NCBI GenBank assembly: GCA_012295275.1
Contig: CM022673.1
Span: 11,780,001-11,844,000 of the forward strand
Length of the DNA stretch: 64,000 nucleotides
Reading direction: 5' to 3'
From: Chrysomallon squamiferum
Lineage: Eukaryota; Animalia; Mollusca
Position 1 is the first letter of the stretch, and every line of letters begins with the position of its first letter. Of the stretch, positions 28,450-39,425 are shown in pieces. A model generated the notes under the pieces. The model made no database searches, had not been told where the DNA came from, and saw only the letters and a list, made by a program, of their open reading frames with translations. A program made the translations under genes and the position numbers.

Positions 28450-30618
28450 GGCGATAATTTCAGCATCTTAACAGTAACTCTTCGTGTTCCAAAAAACTGG
28501 GTGACGTCTTTTTTAAAATATCAAAGATGTGTTGTTTTGTAATTTAAATAGATAGATAGATGGATAGATAGATAAATAAATAAATAAATAAATTTAAAAA
28601 AACAAAAACATAACATCTTTAATATTAAGAAAATTTTCAATGATGGTGTTATTTTATCAAGGAAGATTTCTTTGACCATTTGTAGATTTTGAATCTTGTT
28701 GCTTTATTTACTGTTATTATTTCTGTTTCCAGTTTTCTTTAAATTCTTTTCCTTCAACGAAACAAAAGGATCAAAACATATAATAAGATGAGTTCTGCAG
28801 AATTATATAGTTATGTTCCATAGAAACTTGATTGTTTTGTGTGATAATATTTCTAGTCTGCTTTGAAAATTATTTTTAACTTTGAAGATCAGCTAACTTG
28901 GATTATTTTTTTCAATCATTAATGTTTTTGATATTTATATATCATGAATAAAAAATATGGTATGATAAAATTAGAATAAAGATAAAAATTATAGATTAGT
29001 AAAACTTTTTAAATTTATGATTGATTATGTCACAAACAAGTTACTGAGAATTTATATGTGATATTTTCAATGATCAAAAATTAATTTATAATTTTTTTAA
29101 TATAATCTGAAATTTACAATTTCAATTTAATAACTATTTTGAGGGAAAACAAAACAATTTTGTTTAAATTTAAATTGTAATTGTAAAAAAGTTTTGAAAA
29201 ATTGATTAACTTAAAAATACAAGTTTCTGATTTAATTTGAACTGTAAATCATTTTCAAAATATGAAATTATCTTAAACAGAATCATTTTTAATTTAAACT
29301 ATAATTGTTGAATTATTAACTAGTTATGTAATAAAAATTTACTGAAAATTAATACGTGTTATCTTCAATGACCAATAATTAATTTATAAACAAAATAATT
29401 TTTTTACAAAAAACCCTAAAAATTAAAAATTCGGTTTAATAATTGAAAAAAATATCTCAAAATGATGCTTTGAAATTTAATTTATTTATACCTCTAAATA
29501 GTTATTAAATATTTAGATGTATAAATAAATTAAAATTCAAGGCAATATATTCTCAAAAAATAATTTAAATTTAAACTGTAATTGTAAAAAATATTTTGAA
29601 GATTAAATGATTTAAACATTTTATTTCTGTTTTAATTTAAACTCTAATCATTGTAATTTTTAAAATAATAAAAATAAAAAAAAATAATCATAAGCAAAAT
29701 AATTTCTGTTTTAAAAACATAACTACTGAATTATTTTAAAGAGTACAAACAAATTTAAACAAAATAAATTTAATTTTAATTTAATTAATAGTTGTTGAGA
29801 TATTTGAAAGAAGATACAAAGATATTTGCTTTTGTTTTTAGAGAAGATTTGGGATTCATTTTAATATGTTGTTGGCTTTTTTTCCTTTCTAAGTTTCAGT
29901 CCTAAGATAAAGTACTGTTGTTACCTGATTTCCCATTCCAATCCTTTGAATATGCTAAATACATTCTTCTAGTATTGTTTTATCTGAATGTGAAAAATCT
30001 CCAGTGAGGTGAAGAAATCATCTTCGGAGAAGGTTCAGCCGTTACACTGATGTGGTACAGTTATGATCTTTGATTATATAATTACGGTTCAGATTTCGCG
30101 TTTTTATTTTTAAATTCAGCCACACACATCGTCCCTGGAGTGAACTTGACATTTCGAAGCATTTCAGCGTCTCTGTCTTCAGTAGTAGCAGTTGTATGAA
30201 TAATTAACACGGTGTCTGTCGTGTACGTTCAGATTTGTCCGAAAACGAAGCCCCGTAGTGCAATCTCGTATAACAGTTACGTACATCATCTTGCACTTCC
30301 ATTTTGAATCCAAAATGTCGCCAATCAGGTCTTCGTAGATTCCGGTCTAATTCTTCACAGCAACTGGTTGGGAATATATACCAAAACAATTCTCGTTTAA
30401 AAAAAAAATAAAAAAAAAAATAAAAAATATAAATGCATCGCGAAGCAAGCTGTTAAACATTTCATTTCTTCAGTATCCATTATCACTTTTAGCAAAAGAG
30501 ATGTAGCAGTATCCTTGTCGTGTAACCATGGGCGATGGCTCTCTCTCTCGATTTTCGAAAAACGAAAGAAACATCTGCATGTTACGTAATCGTTTAATGG
30601 TGACCGAGAGTTGGTTCC

Positions 30619-30651
30619 GTGTTGTCCTCGGTTCTTTGCCGAGGACAACAC
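30619..30651. other. Perfect 13-bp stem-loop
   Basis: GTGTTGTCCTCGG-TTCTTTG-CCGAGGACAACAC. Confidence 0.9.
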
Positions 30652-30671
30652 ACACAGCAGCTGGTTGTCGT

Positions 30672-30763
30672 AGACAGTTTGTGACTCTTACCAAGAGATT
30701 ATAAGACCGCTGTCTGTAATTCCAAAGCGATTATATAACCTCTTGGAAAGAGTCTCACCATCT
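30672..30763 (-). ncRNA. Pre-miRNA-like long imperfect hairpin (candidate)
   Basis: Core stem 30683-30754 spans 29 positions with 3 mismatches, 2 G-U pairs and a 14-nt loop on the minus strand, plus a 7-bp basal stem AGAUGGU/ACUGUCU. The hairpin is visible in the sequence; miRNA status is inference. Confidence 0.4.
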
Positions 30764-31925
30764 CTTCTCTCTGCTGACAGCTAAAAACATTACACACATT
30801 ATGCAAATAAAGGTAAAAATAAATTTACATAATTCTATCATGTTCGATATTCTGCTCTTGAATATTTATCGCATACATATTAATTATGTGTCCTTTTATG
30901 TCCATGCCTGTTTGTGTGTGCATACATATAATGCAGTGTAATGCTATGCTTTTATGCATACGTGCATGTATGTGCATGTGTGTGTCTGTATGGTTGCATG
31001 TGTATGTATGTATGTAGTTATATGTGTGTGTATGAATGTGTGTATGTATGTATGTATGTATGTGTGTGTGTGTGTGTGTTTTGTTTGTTTATGTATATCT
31101 GTTCTTATGTTGGTGCAGATGAATGATGAATAGTTATTCATTTATGTTTATATTTATGTGATGCGTATTCATAAATATGTAGATTGACTTGTACTTGGTG
31201 TTGTTTTATTAGTTAGTAATAAACAGCTAATGAATTATAAAGCATAATAAAATATTAAATTCTTAAATAATTTATGAGTAAATCTATCGTTCTAATTACA
31301 AGTCAAATCAAGAAATATTTTAATGATTATATTTGTTATAAATTAATTACTTCTTAATTTAATTTAATTTAATTAATATAATATAATATATTTATTTATT
31401 CATTTACAATATTTATTTATTTATTCATTTACAATATTTATTTATTTATTTATTTATTTCGTAAAAGTATTCATTAAATAAAATTATCACCAGTAATAAA
31501 TTCTATATTGAAACACATTGACATGTAATTTGAAATGATATGTATGTATGTATGTATGTATGAATGTATGCATGTATGTATGCACTTACGTACGTTTTTC
31601 TATTACTTAAATAGAATTTAAAATCATATTCCTTTCGATAAAATAAAACTAGAATACATTTTATCAGCTCTTCTAATAATTAATTTTATCAATAAAATTT
31701 AATTACTTCTATTTGATTAATTAGCTATGGACAGGCAGGTTTGGTACTTGACTAAAAAGTATATGTTCATAGGAAATAATGTAAAAACAAAACTTACCTA
31801 GTAATATAATGATTATCCACAACACTGCTAAAAATTCGAGATGAAATATAACAAGAACAACAGTGATGATAAAGATGATGATGTTGATTATAAAATGAAA
31901 CAGATGAACCGACTATGATGACTGC

Positions 31926-31983
<58 letters not shown>

Positions 31984-32307
31984 TCAATATTGATGATGAT
32001 GATAGTATTACTAGTAATAATAATAAAAGTAATATGTAATATCAGTAATCGTAGTAAATAAAACCAAAAACATCTGTAGTAGCAGCAGTAGTAGTAGTAG
32101 TTGTAGTAGTAGTATGAGTTACATTAATAGCAATAATCGTAGTTGCAGTAGTTCCAGTCCAAGTAATGGTAATAGTAGTAAATAGTAATTTTGTGCTATT
32201 TGAATTGTTATTTTACCAAAACATATTTGAAGGTAACTGAGGAAAAATTAAATCTGAAAATAAATAATTAAATTAAATTAATAAAAGACGAATCACTTAG
32301 TAATTAA

Positions 32308-32342
<35 letters not shown>

Positions 32343-32401
32343 TGATGATGATGATAATGATGATGATGATGGTGATAATAATAATAATAATAACAATGAT
32401 G

Positions 32402-32453
<52 letters not shown>

Positions 32454-33135
32454 TAATAACAATAATAATAATAATAATAACCCCACAACGTTGACAAAAA
32501 AAAAAAAATAAAAAAAAAATAAATAAAATAATCCCCAAACAAACAAAATAAAACATATATAAAACAAAAATAAAACAAAACAAATAAGAACAAAACAAAA
32601 TAAAACAAAACCAAGAAATAAAACAACTCCCCCAAAAAAAAAAACAATCACAAAACAAAAACAACAAACCAAAAACCTAAAAAAAAAAAAAAAAATAAAA
32701 TAAAAAATAACGACAACAATCAAAACGAAGAAACAACAACCGCAATAAAAAACAAAAGCAAAATGAAAACGTGATGAAACCACTTCCCAACCTCGGAGAT
32801 AATAAAATATAGGACTGAGATATGATTGATAGCGTAATCTGATATCACATATTGAAAATATATTTTTTTTACACTGCGGATGAAAATATCACTGTTTATA
32901 TATAACCGTGTGTTTGTGTCTGCTTGTGTTAAATCTGTCTTCAGAATGGCTTGCATGAATTTTATTTCTACGGTAATAATAGTGGTTGTGGTATTTTTAG
33001 GATTAGAACACTGAAATAGTTGTAGTAATGTTATACTGAATGCTGACCTAATTTTCATTTCTTTTTTTTTTTTCATTTAAATAGGATTTATTAAAAAATA
33101 ATATATATTTACAACAACAATAAAAATAATATATA

Positions 33136-33197
<62 letters not shown>

Positions 33198-33459
33198 TGA
33201 TGATAAAATAATGATAACCATAATTATGATGATGATGTTGATGTTGCTGATGATGTTGATAAGTGTAAGGAATAGTACGTAATCATACTCTTAGCATTAG
33301 TAGTAATAGTAGTTGTAGTAGTAGTAGTGGTAGAAGTATGTCGTAGTCGTTAATAGTAACAGTTGTAGCAGCAGTAGTAATATTTATCCTTGTTATAGTA
33401 GTAGTAACGAGAATCTTTTTAAGTGGTACCATTATTAACAGTATTTAATAATAATAATA

Positions 33460-33495
<36 letters not shown>

Positions 33496-33999
33496 AATAA
33501 CAACAACAACAATAATAGTAGTAGTAGTAATAGCAATAATAGTAAAAGTAGTAGTAGCAGTAGAAGCAGCAGCAGTAGTAGTAATATTAATAATAATGAC
33601 AGTAAAATATTAATAATAATAGTAATAGTAATAATGATAACAGAAGCAACAACAACAACAAAAACAATAACAGAAGCAGCAGCAGCAGTTGTAGTAGTAG
33701 TAGTAGTAGTAGTAGTACAGCACAGGTAAAAGTAACCGTCCTACTAATTATTATTGTTAGTAACAGTAGTTGCAGTTAATTTAATGGTTGTAATATATTG
33801 TATTAGTAGCAAAGTTTAATAATCTAGAAGGTTTTGCTGACAATGATAAACGACATCGTATATGGTTATAAAAAAGTTTACGAGTTGTAAAATTAACTTG
33901 TTTCCAGATGGATGTATGTATGTATGTATGTATGTATGTATGTATGATGAAATACTGCGGAGTACAAATTACAATATTATTAGTAACAATAGTCACAGA

Positions 34000-35920
34000 C
34001 TGTGATAGTGATAAAAGTCTATGGAATTAACCAGAAAATATTACTAATAGTAGTGAACACAGACTACGGAGTTGCAAAATATAAAAAAATATATATATAT
34101 ATTACTAGTAGTAGTGATCACAGAACATTGTGTAAAACAGAAAATATTACTAGTAATAATGATAACGGAATATGAAGTAAAACAGAAAATATTTCCAGCA
34201 GTAGTGATCACAGACTATGAAGTAAAACAGAAAATATTTCTAGAGATAGTGATCACAGATTATGAAGCAAAATAGAAAATATTACTAGTAGTTGTGATCA
34301 CAGAATATGATGTAAACAGAAAACATTACTAATAGTAGTGATCACAGAATATGAAGTTAAACAGAAAATATTACTAATAGTAGTGATCACAGAATATGAA
34401 GTAAAACAGAAAATATTACTAGTAGTAGTGATTACACAGAATATGAAGTAAAACAGAAAATATTGCTAATAGTAGTGATCACAGAATATGAAGTAAAACA
34501 GAAAATATTAGTAGTAGTAGTAATCACAAATATGAAGTCAACAAAAATATTACTAATAGTAGTGATCACAGAATATGAAGTAAAACAGAAAATAGTAGTA
34601 GTAGTAGTAATCACAAATATGAAGTCAACAGAAAATATTACTAATAGTAGTGATCACAGAGTATGAAGTAAAACAGAAAATATTACTAGTAGTAGTGATC
34701 AGAGAATATGAAGTAAAACAGAAAATATTACTAGTAGTAGTGATCACAGATTATGAACTTAACAGAAATATTACAAATAGTGATCACAGAATATGAAGTA
34801 AACCAGAAAATATTAGTAGTAGTAGTGATCACAAATATGAAGTTAACAGAAAATATTACTAATAGCAGCGATCACAGAGTATGAAGTAAAACAAAAAATA
34901 TTACAGTAGTAGTGATGACATAATATAAAATATTACTAGTAAAACAGAAAATATTACTAGTAGTAGTGATCACAGATATGAACTTAACAAATAATGATCA
35001 AAATATTAAAATAGTAGTAGTAGTAATCACAAATATGAAGTAATAGTCATCACAGAATATGAAGTAAAACAGAAAATATTAGTAGTAGTAGTGATCACAA
35101 ATATGAAGTTAACAGAAAATATTACTAATAGTAGCGATCACAGAGTATGAAGTAAAACATAAAATATTACAGCCGTAGTGATGACATAATATAATGTGAA
35201 ACAGAAAATATTACTAGTAGTAGTGATCACAGGATATGAACAACAGAAAATAACAGAAAATAAAACAGAAAATACTAATAGTCATCACAGAATATGAAGT
35301 AAAACAGAAAATATGAAGTGAAAACAGAAAATATTAGTAGTAGTAGTGATCACAAATATGAACTTAACAGAAAATAGTATTAATAGCAGCGATCACAGAG
35401 TATGAAGTAAAAATATTTTATTTTACAGTAGTAGTGATGACATAATATAATGTAAAACAGAAAATATTACTAGTAGTAGTGATCACAGAATATGGAGTAC
35501 AAAAGAAAATATTACTAGTAGTAATGATCACAGAATATGGAATAAAACAGAAAATATTACTAAGAACTCAAACAAAAACTATTACTAGTCGTAGTAATCA
35601 CAGAGAACAGAGTAAAACAGAAAATATTACTAGTCGTAGTGATCAAAGAAAACGGAGTAAAACTGAAAATATTACTAGTAGTAGTGACAGAAATGAACGA
35701 AGTAAAACAGAAAATATTACTAGTCGTAGTAATCAGAGCAAACGGAGTAAAACTGAAAATATTACTAGTAGTAGTGACAGAGAGAACGAAGGAAAAACAG
35801 AAAATATTACTAGTCGTAGTAATCAAAGAAAACGGAGTAAAACAGAAAATATCACTAGTAGTAGTGACAGAGAAGACGGAGTAAAACAGACAGTATTACT
35901 AGTCGTAGTAATAATAATTG
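34000..35920. repeat. 45-bp minisatellite in predicted intron 1
   Basis: Unit AAAACAGAAAATATTACTAGTAGTAGTGATCACAGAATATGAAGT; ACAGAAAATA at 34361 and 34406 (period 45). Confidence 0.95.
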
Positions 35921-36463
35921 TGACAGCGTTTCAGACTAATTCAGCATCTCCTGCAACGAAACAATTCTCCTGATAGAGAGCCAGATCGATTGCAGTGTGT
36001 AATACAATAATCGTACCGAAATCGAATTTGCAGGCAGGACAGTGTCCACGAGAAATCGTGGTTGGTTACGTACTTCGTCGAGAGGAGACGTCATAAGTGA
36101 GAAGAATGATGTCGTGTGACGTGATGATGTTTCCGTGGATGAAATACAAGGGTGTGTCTCCGTGAAGGTTGGTACAGAATGAAGTCTGGTTTATAATTAT
36201 GTGGGTAAAATGTACGAGAATGTCCGTTATAGTTATTTCGGAGAAAAATGTTATGAAGATAGACTAGATTAGACGCCCGCACACAGTTCTGAAACAAGCA
36301 CAGCAGTTATGTACGTATATATACTACATATATTTATATATATATACGCATTCGTACATACGTAATAAATATTTGTACACACATATGTGTGTAAATGTAC
36401 TGCCGACAAAAAATAATTAAATATCCTTACCACCATCAAAAACTGACTAGAAATAGACACAGA

Positions 36464-36561
<98 letters not shown>

Positions 36562-37062
36562 AACAGAACAGAAGTTATTTTTAGCCGATAACTTAATGAA
36601 CTCCATATTTATAGAGCACACAGGTGAAACAGAAATACGTGGTCAAACAGACAGACGGATTGACGAACGAGTTTCACAATTTACACCGACGATATAAGCA
36701 GACGCGGCGTCAAAATGAAGGTAATAATAACAACAGCTGCATTACACATACACACACACACACTGCGAGATAAAACATTGTACACGTTTGCTGTGACGTA
36801 ACAGAAGCACGAGAATGTTTACAAACAGCTAAACTTGCATCATCCCGTCTCGAACGCCGTGTCCGTTGAACGAAATCAATAGTTTTACACGTGAAATACG
36901 ACATGTATTACCTATATGTAATAAACCACGAATAACGACAACGTAGGTAAGTTAACGGCAAAAACGCTATTTTAACTGATGTCTGTGTATCACACCAGTA
37001 ACGGTATACCATCGTGATGAATGAAGTGTAGAAATAAAAAAAACGAAGATGAGAGTACGTAC

Positions 37063-37156
37063 CGTGAATTTCCTACGAATATATAGTAAAAAATATGTCC
37101 ACATATCCAGTCAGTGTGTGTACAGATTCATCTACTCGGGGTTCCCCATTTTGACT
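37063..37156 (-). other. Putative first exon of the small-ORF transcript
   Basis: Inr-like CAGT ~30 nt downstream of TATAAAT; donor ACG|GTACGT at 37063/37062; ATG at 37104 open to the donor in phase 0. Confidence 0.6.
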
Positions 37157-37424
37157 GTTTCACTTGCTTTACTTTTACAAGCATTTATACCTTCCTCTTA
37201 CGTCACAGCTGTATTATTAGCACCGCAAGCTGACGGAAAACACCTCTGACGTCACAGCGATGCGAGCTTTTTTTTTTTTTTTTTCCCAGTCTTTCTGGAA
37301 TGCCTCGAACGATCATCAGGCCAAGCCGAGAGAGAGCGCGCGCCCCGTTTCAGCGCTAGATAATGTTACGTTTGCCAAGTCACGTGTTTATTATGTATGT
37401 TGTTGTGTATGTGTACATTTAAGA

Positions 37425-37455
<31 letters not shown>

Positions 37456-37720
37456 CGTGTATTTATAACTGTAGCTGCAGGAAGTGTAGGCTATGCAATA
37501 AATGCGTGTGTGGTAAATTAATATTTAAAAAAAAAAAAAAAAAAAAAAAGGGGGGTACAAATATGTGGATATATGCCACAGCCGCTGGATAAATTTCAAA
37601 TGATGACAGTGCTGCTCTGTGGGAAATTGATTCGACTGTATTTAGATATTTGTGAGGAGAATCGATTGGTGCTATTTTTAGCCCGCATTACGTGGGCTGC
37701 TGTTGCTATTATAAACGGCT
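37157..37720 (-). promoter_or_regulatory. TATA promoter with proximal CREs and an upstream MEF2 box
   Basis: TATAAAT (minus, 37189-37183); TGACGTAA 37205-37198; TGACG ~37231; TGACGTCA 37247-37254; CTATTTTTAG 37672-37681; kappaB-like GGGGTTCCCC 37138-37147 just inside exon 1. Confidence 0.7.
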
Positions 37721-38090
37721 GAAACGGAGCCAGCCTTTCATTTTGAAGTATTGAATTTTCTTATTGGCGTAGTAATATTACATACACGTTCGAAAATATT
37801 CTAGAAAGATTACCCGATTGGTCCATTGATGTTGCGTCTTCGATTTAATTGGATGGTCATTTCTAGTAGGAAGCCTTCATGGCGTACGTCGTGAACTACT
37901 TCGTCCAAATATAAACTGTAGTAAATGCATTGATTAAAGTGCGTATTCTTTCGCTAATGGACGTCGTTAACGGCGACACACGCCCACATTTTAACAACGT
38001 CGACTACGTGGTTGTCTTCTTCTTGTCTTGTGAGAAGCGTGAGTGGAACGTTGGCAATAAAGTGACAAATGATTAATGTCAAGTTGTTGA

Positions 38091-38136
<46 letters not shown>

Positions 38137-38544
38137 TGTGTGTGTGTTTTGTTTCAGAATATTGTCTATGTGCAGAGTCTAATCAGACGTACGTAAAACA
38201 GAATATTCAAAATCCTGAAATACATATATATATGTGAATGTATGTTTTTGTGTGTGTGTGTGTGTTTTGTCTGTACGTATATGTGTATGTGTGTACGTCT
38301 GTGTGTTTGTGTGTGCATGTATATGTATGTTTGTGTATGTGTGTATTTCTGAGAGTGCTTATTTATGTGTGTGACTGTTTTTCTGTGTAGTATGTGTTTA
38401 TATCTGTATTTTTGTGTGTTTATGTGTTAATTTGTGTAAATGTTTATGTTTGCATTTATGTGAATGTGTTTATCTGTGACTATTTGTATACCATAAAGTA
38501 AATTCATAACTTTTTTTAACCTTTAATTTTTTTTTTTTACAGAG

Positions 38545-38614
<70 letters not shown>

Positions 38615-39289
38615 TCGTTTTCGTCTCAAATTTAATTATTTCACTATTTTTGTGTGTATTTATTTTGATGTCTACACACATCTCAGTATAGTAACCTAGC
38701 GCGGGTGTAATTGATAAAGCAACGTCTAAAAATAGTCGAAATGTCATAAAAATGCTGGAAATTGAATTAAATTTAAAACTGATAGTATAAACAAATTTAC
38801 GAAAATAACACTCCGACATTAAGTAGTGGTTGAAAATAGAATGGTTACGTGCTAAATTTAGTTTTACATTTCAAACCTGAACTGATCGAGGTAGAATTAC
38901 AAGTCATTTAGGTATACAGTAAATGCAGTTTAGTGTAATGTAAACTATATATATATATATATATATAAATAAATATAAATAAATATAAAAATCATAATTT
39001 TTTTTTTTTCCTGTTTTGAAAAGATCGTAATGACCTATATTACACTGACGTTACGTACGCATGCGTACACGATAAATAACATTCGTTAAACGAGGACTAG
39101 TTTATGCACTCGTACATTTGGTTTGTTGTGCGTGTGTGGGTGCTTTTATATATGTTTTATAACCGACGTATATGTATATCTGTATGTTTGTGTGTATGTA
39201 TGTACGTACATATATGTATTTGAGGGTTTGAATATTCTCTGTCTTATGTACATCTGATTAGACTCTGCAGATTGAAAATATTCGGGAAC

Positions 39290-39425
39290 GCAGTGGCACA
39301 GGAGGACAAAGTCCAATCACGACCTCACAAACCCGTCAGATGCCGCTGACGAGACTCGAACGTATGGCACCCAATTCGCCCGCACTTCGAAATCGGACGG
39401 TGCTACAGTCCCGCCATTACGACAT
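39290..39425 (-). mobile_element. Degenerate tRNA-derived SINE head or tRNA pseudogene fragment
   Basis: Isolated GC-rich block with pol III B-box-like GTTCGAGTC on the minus strand (39361-39353); no intact cloverleaf seen. Confidence 0.35.

Larger units (their letters stand above)
29925..30780 (-). other. Putative internal exon (856 nt) containing many small ORFs and two hairpins
   Basis: Acceptor TGTTTTTAG|CTG at 30781/30780 and donor CAG|GTAACA at 29925/29924. These bracket a high-complexity block flanked by very AT-rich or microsatellite sequence. Confidence 0.55.

Noticed and set aside
30225-30295. Possible C/D-box snoRNA (AUGAUGU...CUGA, minus strand)
   Set aside because: Imperfect C box, no terminal stem, no recognisable rRNA guide, and a predicted exonic location
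34072-35973. Repetitive ORFs (KQKILLVVVITEYEV; KTENITSSSD)
   Set aside because: Products of a 45-bp minisatellite with frequent frame-breaking indels
39290-39425. Possible tRNA gene
   Set aside because: B-box-like motif only; I could not fold acceptor and anticodon stems, so it is kept as a SINE/pseudogene-like fragment
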